Part shown: positions 10,078 to 23,242 of the stretch, one piece after another
Layout: the number at the start of each line of letters is the position of its first letter
Position numbering within the stretch: position 1 is the stretch's first letter
NCBI GenBank assembly: GCA_001949185.1
Contig: BDGG01000004.1
Location: forward strand, 3,231,267-3,295,266
Direction of reading: 5' to 3'
Origin: Ramazzottius varieornatus
Taxonomy: Eukaryota > Animalia > Tardigrada
DNA length: 64,000 bases
The notes under the pieces: model-generated
Told to the model about the DNA's origin: nothing
What the model saw: only the letters and a program-made list of their open reading frames with translations
Databases searched by the model: none
Translations under genes and position numbers: made by a program

Positions 10078-13000
10078 ATTTCCCGCAGAAATCTAGAAAG
10101 AAAAACCAGTCCAATCAACTCATATCCCACCAAAATAAAACTGGACAGATTGGCTATTAGGTTTATTGTCATGATGCCCCACACTGAAACTGAATACTTC
10201 TCATACTCGGCAGGTAGCGGCGCATCGATCGGCGAGCGTGTTGGCGTAACATGGTACACAACCCAGACTGGCAATGTCTACTATTCATAACCGCACACCG
10301 GAATGATTCACAAAGAAACCACGCTAACTTTGTCTTTTATTACACAAGCAAACGATCCCCTCCCAAATATCGATCTCACAGGTATGCACCATCCATAAAG
10401 ATAACAGAACGGAAAGGCATGCATCGTCATGGACCACCGCAGCCTTCCGGGAACCACCTCCAGCGGGTTCTCCCTTATACTTCCTCGTTGCTCACTTCCG
10501 CTGCGCTGCTGTCCTGTCTAAAGAAGGAGTTGCAGTACGCAGGGACCCATCAATTGAAAAATTTGCTGTTTCGGTTTATGCTTCACGGAATTGTAAAACA
10601 CACGTAAGACAGAAGTAGGCCGGAAGTCGAACGGGGAACCCTTTTCATTCGCGACAGATGATCCTATTTCTGTCTCATGGAAAACTTTACGATCTTTTTG
10701 ACCCGAGTCATAAAGTGCAACTTGCCTTACGAGCTCTTTCGCAGGGTTCTGTCGAGCAAAAGCTTTGAGCAACAGAGAGCTCACTGTTTCCATCACGAGT
10801 CATAAGATACAGCACAATAGTGGCTGTTGAAGTAGCCGACACGAACTCTGCTCGCTCAGTGAGAAATGAAGTGCAACGAGGCATGGATCATTTTTCTTCC
10901 ATTCTCAACAAGCGACAGCTCTGTAGAACTACAACCACCAACTGCCACCGAAAATGTCGTTCTCTGGTAGTGTTTCCAGGCCGAAGAAGCCGATCAGCAA
11001 CCAATTATATTTCAGAAGCCTCATGTCGCAGAGCATTGAACTTATTACTACATGCGAAGAAGTTATCGTCGATCTTCGACCGGGAGCAACTGTTTCCAGA
11101 TTCCCTAAACGAAAGAAAAATACCGCGATAAAATTCTGCATGACGAAGGAAGTAAGCCAATGAACGAAAGTGGGGGACACGCTTGTAGCAGACTGTCTTG
11201 TTTGTCCTTCGCTAAGTTCACTTTTTGCTCGTTCGCCTTGATCCTGAACGCCTTCCGTCGCTCAGTCCGGTTCTGACGCTACACCGCCTATCAGAGAAAA
11301 ACCTATGAAAGCAGAAAAAGTCACACATGACAAACGAGAAAGTCAACAGCGGCATACAGCGCCAGTTGATGGCGGAAAGAGGTAACCAGAACGGTGGAAA
11401 CATTGCCACATCGCTCCGATTGTCATCGTAACTAAATTGCTTTCTTCTTTTTTTTGCGGCGAACCATCAGCTCATTTTAACTGCGCACTCGGCGTAACTA
11501 TAGACGAAGCGTGAGTGTAGCGTTACCTCTTCATGACCCGCATCACAGCTTGGCTTCCTTTCGGTCATAAGCAAGATTTCTCATATAAGCCATTGCGCCG
11601 ATATCCGTCACGGACTTACCCTAGTCAATTTCTAGATTTAGCTGGCGGTGACGAGGTGTGTGCCACTCCGTGAGATATAAGTCGAGCAAGCTGCAAGCTC
11701 TGTACGCCACAACAGAAACAGTTACACTGTAAATCCATCATCTTTCTGCTCACTAAAGCACTTTAGCAGTCATACTGTCAGTCTTGATCTGACACGAGCC
11801 TCCAAGGTCTCTGCATGTGACAGACCGGGATGATTCGCTGCGTCTCTGTAGAAACTGTTTTCGATGAAGCTTGTGGGACGACTAAAATTCAGACTGCAAC
11901 ACATAGACAAATCCCCGAAAACTGCCTGTCAAATTAGGCTAATTGGTTCCGTTACACGCGAAGATTGGGCACGCTGTACGGCGACGTGAAACAGCCATCG
12001 CGCATCATTCAATCCACCACACCGTACATCATATTTTGCCTACCACACCGACCTTTTGACCTACCCGGGAAGCAAAGCCTGGAGCGGTAACAAGTCCCTG
12101 CAAGGTGGCTTTCTTTGACCGGAAAAGCCAATTAAGGGTCTTGAGTCTTGACTGGCGGAGCACAAGACGTACTGAACGAATGATCGCTAGTGTGCAGCAA
12201 GATAACTTCCTTACCTGATCAGTATTCCATTAACAGTTCCAAATAGTTATTAACGGGCCTCATCCGGTAGCTTCCGTTCTTCAGCATACAAGGCCAAGAA
12301 GCTGCAGGATGTAGTCCGCAGAAGTTCTAATTAAAGGAGCTCAGCAGTTTTAATCGTTCCGACAACTGTTGATCCTCCGCTTTGGTCTCTGGGCGATGTG
12401 CAGCACCTAGTGGCTTCTCCCGTCGATAGCCAGCTCATGAGAACAAAAAGCTATTCCATCATACTCCGTTAGATAAAGGGGGTTAAGATACACGTACGTA
12501 CCTCTAGTAAATATAGAGTAATCGCTTCTACAGATTCCGAGTCCTGTGCAATCCGTGTCCCACTATAATGCAACTTCCGCGGATCCTTTTATAGTTTTCT
12601 GGCAATCTATACGTTCCAAATTGGCAGGAGCTCCCGAGAAGATACCTTTTTAACGGAAGAAGAGACAACAATTCCGCACTGCGAATGTGATTGCAATTGT
12701 TGTCGATTAAAATTTCGGATTGTTGGCAGGTTGAATGGAGGCGAAGCGGAGACAGATTGCAGGATGCCGTACCGCTTCCGGATTGTCATGTCATGTCAAG
12801 TCCCATGGGGCGCCACTATCGCAGAGAATCCGCAGCTTCAGAAATCAAAACTCAAAAGTTTCCGTTTGTTGCCGTTTATTTTGTATATTTTGTACTTCGG
12901 ATCTTCTGGAGAGTCAGAGGATCCAGGGCTGAGACCTAAGTTTGAGAACCTCGAGCTTTGAAAGTGGAAAGCGAACAGTCGTACAAGAAACACCACAGGA

Positions 13001-14083
13001 CAATGGGTGGTCTGCTCACTCTGCTGTACACATCCGATCGCCCCGACGCTCTCACTATTACGTAAGCTACTGCGGTTCATCTTTGCCGTTCTTCTTTGCA
13101 GTTCTTCTGAGCAGTTCCTTGGATAAACAAGTCCTATAACTTTTCGAATGGGCTTTTGCAGAGCATAAAGTCGAAAGGAACGTTAACACGAATGGGAGGA
13201 TTATCGTGTCCAAACTGCTCCAGACCACCCAACTTCCTCTCTGACAACGAGACGAAACGCGCGAACGTTAAGATCTGGGCTTGTTCGCTATGGTCTGCTC
13301 GACGAATCTTTCGTGCGCGTTTTTATCAAATCTCATTTTTTTTTACTGGTTCTCCATGAGCCTGTGCGCCCACCTCATCAACGCTAATCAACACCCTGGA
13401 TCAGTGGGTGTTGTTCGGAAGGAAGTTCGAGCTCGCGGCGAAGTTACGCCTCACCAGATATCGGTCCGGAGTGCGTTGCATGAGTGCCTCTTCCGCCTGA
13501 AACCCATGTGTATCTCCCTGTCGGTCAATCGCACATTCTCACTTGACGTCGCTTACGACATTGGAGACATCCCAACAACGACTGGGGAAGCAGGTCGCTT
13601 TGTCGAGGTAAATGTTTTGCGAATGGACGTGTAACCTGCACGTTCGCAAATTTACTGTATACTGTTTGTTCGATACTGAAATCTTACAAGGTTCGTTTTA
13701 CAGGCTGCACATGCTGAGTACTTGCGGATGAATTGTTTGATATGCGTACGAACAGAGGACTTAGTCTGTTCCTGAACCTCCTGGTCGAAGCGTGAAACTA
13801 CAGAATGGTCAGGAGACGAAGACTCTGGAACCAAATTCAACCCAGTCGACCATTTGTACCTTATTGGATCTCTGCGAAAGAATTATCAGATTCTCAAGTT
13901 GAGATCCGTGAAAGACTGAACTTACACGTTTCCGTTCTTTTCCTAGTAAAGAAGCGAATGGAGGAAGCTAGCTTGGGGGATCGATTCGTCCGATGCAAAA
14001 TCGACTAAGAGTCTTTGCACTGAAGCGCAATCATGACGTCGACTCGAAGATCTTGCATGGAGGTACGAACTTCGAGATTCATA

Positions 14084-14283
14084 CACGCGGAATGGAAAAT
14101 TATGGGACAATAAAAACTATGGGACAGGCCTTTTCGCTACGGCGATTCGGAAGCATGTACGTACGCGACCGATTCACAGTGATTTACACTCTCTCGACAC
14201 CTCTCTACGGTCAAATTTCCATTTTGCCGTCGTTTCCGCCTGTCGTATAATTTTTTGCTGCCCCATAATTCCTATCACGCGTG
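14084..14283. mobile_element. MITE, about 200 bp, with about 45-bp imperfect terminal inverted repeats
   Basis: Left end CACGCGGAATGGAAAATTATGGGACAATAAAAACTATGGGACAGG; reverse complement of right end CACGCGTGATAGGAATTATGGGGCAGCAAAAAATTATACGACAGG. No convincing coding capacity. TSD unclear (TA on the left only). Confidence 0.7.
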
Positions 14284-14913
14284 ACGGACGAGGGCTGACC
14301 ATCGGTAAGACGAAACTAAATGTTTTTGCAATATACAAATACAATAGGATTAGGTAGCCTTCGAATCGGGTGACTGTGTCCAGTGTACTGGGAGAAAGGG
14401 CTGCAATACTGTATATAGCCGCGGGATGTCCTTCTTACAAAGCAGACAATTGGACAAGTCTTGATAGTTGAGTAGGCGTCGACGCGCCCGTCAAACTCGA
14501 TTAGTGGGCCGTCAAGTTGTACCAGTGGGCGCTTATCCATTTTTATTGCAAACATCAATTATGTGACGATGGCAGCACAGCTCACCCGTCATCGTTGTTA
14601 CCGAGTATCATGGCTTAAAAGTTAGAGCCTTTGGCGACAACAAAGCTATTCCTATCGCCAAACGCCAAAAATACTTTAAATAATAACCGAGAAGTCTTAG
14701 AGAAAGATCCACAAGACACATCAAAACGAATATTGAAACTGGAGAGTTAACGTTAACCAGCCAAGGCAATCCACCGTCCACTTAAATACCGGTACAGAAG
14801 GGTAGAACCTCGACGAGGAAGTGCTGTTACTGCTGCATGGTTCGAGGTTAGGGTTCTTCGCCTTCCGGCGGTTCGTCCCACAGAAAAAACGTTGTGCGAG
14901 TATAGAAGAAAAC

Positions 14914-16523
14914 TCATCCACGAGGAGGATCACACTTCATGAGGTCTTCGGAAGTGAACGAACTATTCTCGTCCTCGCTCTGGTGATCGTTGGAGTAGTG
15001 TCGTGAACTTTGGTAGTCAGTATCCCCGAGACTGTTGAGGTTAGGTGGTGTCATCCTCTGGGGACAGAAGGTTCACGTTCGAAATAAGCTTGCAGAAAGA
15101 GAGGGACTACAAGAAAGACGTACCTTCTCCTTCTGTCGTCGATTACAAAACCAAACACGAACAACTTCCTTCTCTAACTGCAAACTCTGAGCCAACGCGG
15201 TAATTTCCGGCGCGCTTGGTTTTGGGTTCCTCATAAAATGGTTCTCGAGAGCACCTTTGATGGTCATCTGTCAGCAAGCAGAGAAGATGTGTAACAGTTT
15301 GTAATGACTTAGAAACAGATTACTTCGATGATGATGTTACGAACCTCGATGCTTGTACGCTTCTTTCGCTTCCGGCCAGCAGCCGCAAGTTTTTCTTGTA
15401 GCGCAACACTTGCTGGGCTTCCGTTAATGTTATCAGCTTCTTCCAACCACTTTGCCAACAGCGGTCGCAGCTTACACATATTCTTGAACGATAACTGCAA
15501 CGCTTCAAAGCGACAAATTGTCGTTTGGCTGAAAACATTCCCGTAAAGTGTTCCAAGCGCTAATCCCACGTCAGCTTGCGTGTAACCTGCAGAAAGCAAT
15601 TGTTTTGGAAACTTTGTGTAACTTGTGTTTGTCGCTTGGAGAAATCTGTAAATAAACGTCACAAGCTAATATCACTGCGTCACTGTCAACCCGGGAGATT
15701 TTCATTCTCGCTTATTCTCAGAATACAAACCTTCCACCACAATTTGTCTCTAGTAATTCGTTCGAAATGATATCTGACAACTTTATGCCAAAATCCAACT
15801 TGCAAAATTCTGCGTGATATTTCCGTTGTTACACTCGGGTTGAACACTTTATAGTTATCGCTTACCTAGTTTTATTCTCCGTTGCTTAAATTGCTTCGCG
15901 AATTGTTCGAGGTCATCGTTTGATGGAACTTCTTCCTGGGTGTCCATATCGAGCGAGGTTATGACATCGCCCGAGTAGGGACGTGGCCGCAGGTCGCTCG
16001 TGTTACAACGACGCATGGAGGTACCGTAATCACTTCCCCATAATCCGTTACCCGTCGACGCACTGCCAAACATGGAGCCCGACGCCACCAACCCGGCGCT
16101 TGTGTTGTAGCCGTGGTGCCCATAATTAGCAGAGCCCGCAGGTGCTTGAAAAGAGGCTACGTTACCCGTCAATTGTTGCCAGTAAGTAGGCTGTAATGAG
16201 GAACGGCTGGTAAAACTGCTGGACGCCGGCATGTCCACCGTATGACCAGGAAACTTTTGCATATCACTTCCGCTTCGCAAGACATGCCAGTCGTTCTCCG
16301 AGGTAGCATGATGACCGTTAATTGTTGCATGATGGGACCACAAGGAAGGATAGGCCGCTCCTTGATTGCCGAATAAGGTCGAGGCGACTGTTTGACCGGG
16401 TATGGCGTTACTTTGGGCGGATGAGGATGACCCATGGTTCAATCCACGAACCGAGTCACAGTATATTTGGGATGCAGATGATGAGGCGCTGCTGTTATGG
16501 TTGACATTGTGGTTTGTCGTCAT
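14914..16523 (-). CDS. POU3F: Class III POU-homeodomain transcription factor (vvl/drifter, Brn-1/2/4, ceh-6 type); 4 exons (16523-15866, 15586-15345, 15267-15124, 15057-14914)
   Basis: POU-specific domain [57 protein letters not shown]. Homeodomain [10 protein letters not shown]...[19 protein letters not shown], with class III signatures. Confidence 0.97.
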
Positions 16524-19500
16524 TATACCAATGGGGCAATCGAGAAAACAACAGTGGGGCAGGAAATGATCACATTCAATCAATTATGATTCGGCTAGGT
16601 TGATTAACTACTTCGATGTGGACATAATAAGTGATACCAGGAGAGCCTCTATCATAAATGACCAGGCGTCCCAAGCGGTGATGATTGTAAATTTCTGCGC
16701 CGTGCCGAATTCGCGACGATGCAACTTTGAATAATATGGCAGAAATCATACAGCGCTGCGATTGATAAGACCTTTTCGCCTTCTGACAATTGTATATTCA
16801 AGTCGTGACATGTCATCATGCGCGTTTAGCAATTGCCTTTGTTGCCAGCCGAGCGTACGCCGCAACTGTCTATTGTGTGGCCGTAGGATGACCATCCACC
16901 GACCACGACTTGCTTCTATTGGCGGCGGGGCGAGTTATGAATTGATAATTTTGATGGCTGCATTTTGTGTGGTGGTGTTCAGCCAGAAGCAACGCGGTGT
17001 AACCGGTTGTCTACGGGTCTAGGCGCAAGCAAACGTACCAATACTCGTGGGCTTCTGTCGCCCAGTTTGCCTATGTAACCTTACGTACGTCCTGTGGTTA
17101 ATCAGTCTTTCCGCTCTTCATCGACATGATTCTGGTTTCGGGGATCCTCGCGATAATTCGATCGTACCAATGTACGTACAATTTTTCCGAACTTGTTTTC
17201 GTATATATTAACTTCGGTCAAAACGTAAAACAGAATACGATGTCTGGATGGCTTAATTACACTTGGTGACCTTTGGGTGTAATTGTGCTCCATCCCTTTG
17301 AGAAACTCTTGGTGATGGTATTGAATTACAATGCTCTTTTAAAAGATGGTGAAATATCTACTGCGCGTTAGTTGAAGCACAACGAGGTTCTCGGACGGCG
17401 AACCCTTGGTCCTTGCTCGCCCACGCTGTTCGTATGATATTGCATAGGGTGAAAGTAATCTAGTTTATAAGAAACGGCCGTTAGCGCTAGTTTCCCGAAC
17501 ATTAGTTCATCTTCTAGTACGTCTTGAACTGTGCCGGGAAGCAGCATTGAACGAAAAATTTTCCGAACGGCCAGGCCTACGGTGTATTTGATACGAGGCG
17601 GATTGTTTAGCGAGAACTTTGACATGGCTGGAAATTTTACTTGTGCGTCAGCCGCTGACCAATTTTGTTCACACCATGCTTTATAGAATTGTCGGGATTT
17701 CGTACTTTTGGAGAAAGGCTTGTTGGAAAAAACATGGATTATTATTTTGGAAGCAGGCCTATCAGTACTTGTGATGCTAAGTGGCTATAACCGTGGCACC
17801 TCCTTTCCACAAGGTAATCTAGTTATCACCCATAATTTGCAGGTCATAACACTCAATGAGGAGTTGATTTTCTTCTTTCAGCACCCTAATTTCCGTTTTT
17901 GGCTACGGCTCTTGGTGGCACGGATGTTGATGGTGACTGTCTATAGCTCAAAATTGGACGGAGCGCATACTTTCGGTCGTTGCACACTTTCAGTGATCGT
18001 TTAAAGAGCTTTCGAAAACAACCCATCGATGGAGGGCAACTTGCAGGTGCGGTATATGCACCCCTGTTGACACAGATGCTCGACCGGTGTGAACTACGAG
18101 GCGATTAAGAGTCACGTCGGCCGTGACGAAGGTTTCGGCCACCATGCACTTCAAACTCGCGGCAACTGGCAGACAAGCAATAGGAAGATCGTTACAGGGT
18201 TCGCCGATCACGTACGGGTACGACAGAGAACCAGATAAGGGGGAGATAAGGTTCTTGAACACAGAAGCTTTTCGAAAGCGTGACATGAGCTTATCGGCGA
18301 AAGTGAGACGTCGAAAGTAGCCGCCATGTTCCCGCTGATAGGAATCACGGCCTGCGCTCTGCTGACTTGTGTCATTCAGGCGGATAATGACAGATTTCAT
18401 TTTAATAATATTTTCCGAATGGTCTAAAGCCGATTCTGGTCTCATCTGTTGATTCTGACAAAGATATCTTTGTAGTTATATAGCAATAAGTAGCGAAGCC
18501 CCTTCCCTGCTGATCTATCGCTCATTCAAGAGTCATTCTAATCCTTGCCTTTCATACATCAGAACTGCTTTAGTGACATCTCCTATGATTCAAATTCATC
18601 ACATATGAAAACGCCATTATGTTGACACCTTCCGACGATTTTATCGACGATAAAGGCTCACGAGCCGGACATATCCGACTCAATGGCGCAAGTGTCTTTC
18701 CGTAACAGCTAAGATGCGCATTTCTGATGGTGCGTTAGATAGGCGCCCCGTCAAAACAATGTCAGTTAAGTATTTCAATTCATTTTGCGGTTTCGATGGA
18801 ACGTGTCGAACAATGGGCTACAAAGTAGGCAGCTAGTGTTCGGTCTCGTGGTTCGGTCATCAATATGATGCCAAAGAAGACAGGTGTAATCGGGCGGATT
18901 TCTTTTATACAGCATCGGCATGGCGCTGCGTTGAAGTTTCACTTGGTGCGTTCTGCATGAACTTGCGGAATCTTCCTTTACTCCAACCGATCAATCGCGC
19001 GGTTATACAGTATCGGAATCTGTAGTTTTAGTATACACGGAAGTTTCCTAATGCATATGGAAGCCCGTAAGTTTGAATGGGTCAATTACGGCCGCGCATA
19101 TGTATTGTCTAGAATGAGACATGCAATGTAGTGTACCGGGTACACTACGTGGAATCCAGGGCGTCTTGAGTGTTCTCGTGACCAGCACCAAGAAAACTTT
19201 AATGGATTCAAGTCTGTAAGAAGTGTAAAGAGACTGTTGAAATGTGATCCGCACTTTTGAAAGAGTGGTGGAATATGAAACGGCTAATGTGATGCGTGAG
19301 AGACAGACTGTCGTCAGTTTCTGTTTGCTGTGGTGAGAGATCAGCACTATACTTAAGCATAATCCTTTATTGATCAGACAATAAACAAATCTAGATCCAT
19401 TTTATTAGAATAAAATTACAAGGGCTCTTCCTATGCTGTGCTTGTATCTCCTCTCATATTTTTCAACAAGGATAAAACTTAAGAGTGTTCAGAGGCCGAA

Positions 19501-20097
19501 ATGCACAGGTTCGCCACAGGAACAAGCAAGTTCACTCTGTTAAATCAAAACAGTCAATAACCGTGAGATCTTATTTATTTTAGTGAACTAGCTGAAACTT
19601 TTCGAAATCCTCACGTAGTGAGCGTACTAACTATCGTAGAGTAGTTTGGTATCGGTGCGTTGACGAGTAGTACTGGCTGGAAAGAGTCCTCCGTATGAGA
19701 GCATTTTGTTTAGCTAGTACTTTGCATGAATAATTAATCCGCATAGACAATATCAGCACTCATAAATCCATCCCTACTCGACGACTCTCTCGTTGACCAC
19801 GTTACAATAAGCCACTACAGCCTGTCGCCAACAATACTCGAAAAATATCGGACCAGACATCTTCAAAATATGCTAGCCACACCATAAACTTGCAGTTTGC
19901 ATAATGCGTAATCCGTTTTCTTAGTCGCGTTTTCAACAAGCTTCCTAGGACCAACTTGCCCAGGTCGCACAAATGTCAACCACCAACTTGAAATTATAAC
20001 CCGATGCCGCGTGTACATGGCGAGAAGTTTCTGATACATGACATTGGTACCGCAAATAGGTTTAAGACGACCATACAGTTCTACCGCGCAGGAACTA

Positions 20098-20219
20098 CTG
20101 TAATGCTTCATGAACTTCGCGAAGTGACGTCAAGTGCGCGTAGGGGGTTTACGGGTATGATGATGAATACAGCACACGCTCAGTATGACGTAATTCGCGA
20201 AGTTCATGAAGCATTACAG
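20098..20219. mobile_element. MITE or long hairpin with near-perfect TIRs and TA flanks (Tc1/mariner-like)
   Basis: ACTACTGTAATGCTTCATGAACTTCGCGAA (20094-20123) is a perfect inverted match to 20194-20223. Pairing extends imperfectly inward (TGACGTCA/TTACGTCA). TA dinucleotides flank CTGTAATGC...GCATTACAG. Confidence 0.75.
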
Positions 20220-20384
20220 TAGTACTAAAGTTCCCGTTCCAGTTCCAGTTCCAATTAGCAGCTTCAATTGCGGAATGGAGTAACACAGGTCCCAAGTACT
20301 AACAGAGAGCCAGAAAGAGAACCGTCAGGTCTTCCGCCCAAGCTTCGTGTCAGGAAGTAATGTACAGACATGGTTATCGTTTCT

Positions 20385-22333
20385 TTACGGTTCGTCTGGA
20401 AGAAGCTCTATCAACGGTTTTCTTTGAATAGGGTAAACAGGATGACTTGCCAAGCCAAAGGGTGATTTGGAAGAACTAACAGATTCAAACCCATCTCTGT
20501 TTATGAGCAGAGAACTTGTAAATGTATCTGGCACGCTTTCGAGGTCCCCAGCACATCCTCTGCGATCATGCCCGAACACACCCTCTTGATAGGTCATCTG
20601 GTTTCCTGAATAATCCAGGTTGTCGTCCTGGTTCTTCGTCGGTCTGCAAAACATTTTCCGTCAGGTATCTGGGTCAAATATCGAATGGCACCGTCCCTTC
20701 CAGACTTTCCCACGCAGTTTTCGGCTTTGGAAATTACCTGGCTGGAAAAGATCTTTCCGCTTCCATATTTAAATACATCTCACCCGCCGATATCTCTGTG
20801 ATGTTCAGACGGTCCGACTCTCCCAGTTCCATATCAGCTGGGACACACAATGGGGTTGGGTTCGCCGAGACCGATAGCGCGTTAAAACTGGGCGACAGCC
20901 GAACTTCCTCGTAGGTCTCCATCAGGCTTTGAGTAGTTTCCGCATCTGCCAATTTTTCCTGCTTGAGTACTGTTTGAACTATCATTTCGACGGTATCTTT
21001 GGCTGTTTGCGCTGACTGCCGGAGCTCGCTTAGGTCTGAAAGAAAATTGAAGACTATGATCGTCGCCACTTCAAAAAAGAACACGGAAATCGATCCGTAC
21101 GCCGCAAGGAGTCTTTTATGTCTTTTTGATGCTTGTCCATCCAAGCTTGACGTTCATTCATCTCTGCCTCTCGGCCCCCGGTATACCTAGAGAAACACGG
21201 AGTAAGGTGAACATCTCTAGAACAGGGACGTGGAAGCTACGTACCATGCTTCTGCACATGCTCTATCCCGGGGGAACACTGGGCACTGGTCCAGATGATT
21301 GAGGGTCTTGATCTTGCAAATTATCGTTTTTCGGTAGTTGGGTATTTTTGATATGACAGGGTTTGCGGTGAGGCACAGTACTCCGAGGTTACCCATTTGG
21401 GCAAACACATCGATGATGGCAGGGTCGCCCAGTTTGTTATGAGATAGATCCAGGATTTCGATGGACTGGCAATTGGCTAGATGGCTCACATCTTCCAACG
21501 AACTCAGCGAGTTATGCGAAAGCTCGACTGAGCGAAGTTCTAGCAAACTTGCTGCAAAACAATAGAATTGGTTAAATCACGGAGTTCACGTATTGCTGGT
21601 GAAGCCTCTTGGGTTCGGGATGGAGAGCATCGCTCGATATACCTAAATTTTCAATGCGGTGAATTCTGTTTCCGGTTAGACTCAGATTCGCGAGCTTGGC
21701 CAACTTGTCCAAATTTTCGATTTTGCTTATTAGGTTTTGTTGTAGAAAAAGACTTCGCAGTTCTATTTGATGGTCCAGGTTCTCGATCTTTTGTAGACCA
21801 TTACTGCCGAGGAATAAGCAGCGCAGCCCTGTGTATGCTTCCAGATTCTCTATCCGCGGATACCCTGCAATCCAACGCAACAGAAATTTATAGCAATATA
21901 CTCCTTTTGCTGAGACTGTTGGTGTCAAAGTGGACATCGCGGGGGAACGGAGGTCACCTCGGTGGTTCAAATAAAGCACATCATTAAGACTTGGTGTGGT
22001 GTATAGCTTGAGTTCTTTGCAAACTTTGACCAGTGCTTCCTTGGTCATCCGCGGACATGAAGGTGTGCTGACTGTCCTAATAGCAACTTCACCGGTCTGG
22101 CTCTCCGCGTGATCTGGAACGAGCGAACCACTTTTATAAAGGAGCGTCAAGAGGCGCGAATCGTTTGAGGAGGTACGAGACGTACCGCCAGCTTCCTTGT
22201 TCGTAAGGTTTGTAACTGCTGGATCTTCCTCATTCGGGACAATCGTGTTATCTCCTCCTTCGATGATTTTGATTTCTGGGCGGTAACGGCTGGCATTGCC
22301 GTGACGAAATATTGATAAGGGATTCATTGACAT
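20385..22333 (-). CDS. DNAAF1: Dynein axonemal assembly factor 1 (LRRC50/ODA7), leucine-rich repeat protein, multi-exon
   Basis: [33 protein letters not shown]|[18 protein letters not shown]; LRRs ([20 protein letters not shown]); LRR cap [40 protein letters not shown]; ends LIELLPDEP*. Start uncertain. Confidence 0.93.
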
Positions 22334-23242
22334 CCAAAGGGAAATTTTAGAAACGTGGACAAACCACCCTTAGAGAAGTCTGATGGCGCAAAGAACCTTC
22401 GTCCATGATGTCCAGGATGGGTGGAGTTGCTATAGTAAGTGGCGCAGTCTACGTAGACGTGCGAGTTTGATCCTTCTGACGTCCCACTACTTTTTCCGCA
22501 GCAGTAATACCCCTTTGGTTCTTCCACATGGTGATCAACCTAAAGAACACTTGCATGCCAAAGTAAAGACTTAGCATCTATGAGCTTCCATTTATACAAT
22601 TAAGCAATCCCTTAAACAAGCGGAAACTAAAAAGGACGAAGCCTTTGAGGATTCGAACCGAGACAGGTTGTCAATGACATGACTTGCATTAACACAGAAT
22701 GATGCCCTTATTCGCAATCTCGCATGTGACATGCCCTCTAAAGTCTAAAGACAGTCATAACAAACTTCATCGTCGAGCCACCTTCTCAACAGTTTCTAGT
22801 AGCCATCGACGCATCGTCATTTACCAGTGTGCTGATAATAGTTTCATAGCTCCGGTGACGACCGGTTTTGCTACGAAGTCGGGGAGGACGTGTTGAGTTG
22901 GAGATCAAGGTCTTCGGAGTATGCATAGATGGAGTACGTATTATTGTGGGTTGCCCTGCTTCATACGACGTAAGTTGCCTCACTTGTCTGCGTGTTAAAT
23001 ATGGTTAACCTCTTGTTAGAGATTAGTGAAATCCAAACTGTTTGTGGTTTCAGAACGAACGTAGACTCTTGAGCCTCGCTAATCCATCGGCTGGAAGTAG
23101 ATGAACGGGGTGATCCGTCTGTTCGACACTTCAGCCATTGTGGAACGCATATGTGTTCGCCTATCTAACCAGTGAAGATGCTGGATCCACTCTAGACGGA
23201 AATCGTAAGCTCGACTGGGAACAGTAGTACCGTTCATTCAGG
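22334..23242. promoter_or_regulatory. Probable bidirectional promoter region between DNAAF1 and Rab11-FIP
   Basis: Head-to-head arrangement with about 900 bp between the predicted starts. Confidence 0.45.

Noticed and set aside
17990-18445. 151-aa minus-strand ORF upstream of POU3
   Set aside because: No recognisable homology or splice context; cannot be supported as a gene.
20230-20256. Short (GTTCCA)n-like tandem repeat
   Set aside because: About four degenerate units; an ordinary microsatellite with no spacers, so not CRISPR-like.
21865-21957. Several stop-free introns of 3n length (this 93-nt DNAAF1 intron, and others in Trio and FAM122) that let ORFs read through
   Set aside because: With about 100 short introns at this GC content, a handful of these is expected by chance. 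Homology shows they are spliced out.
22648-22660. B-box or T-loop-like GGTTCGAATCC on the minus strand
   Set aside because: No cloverleaf, A-box or acceptor stem around it; not a tRNA.
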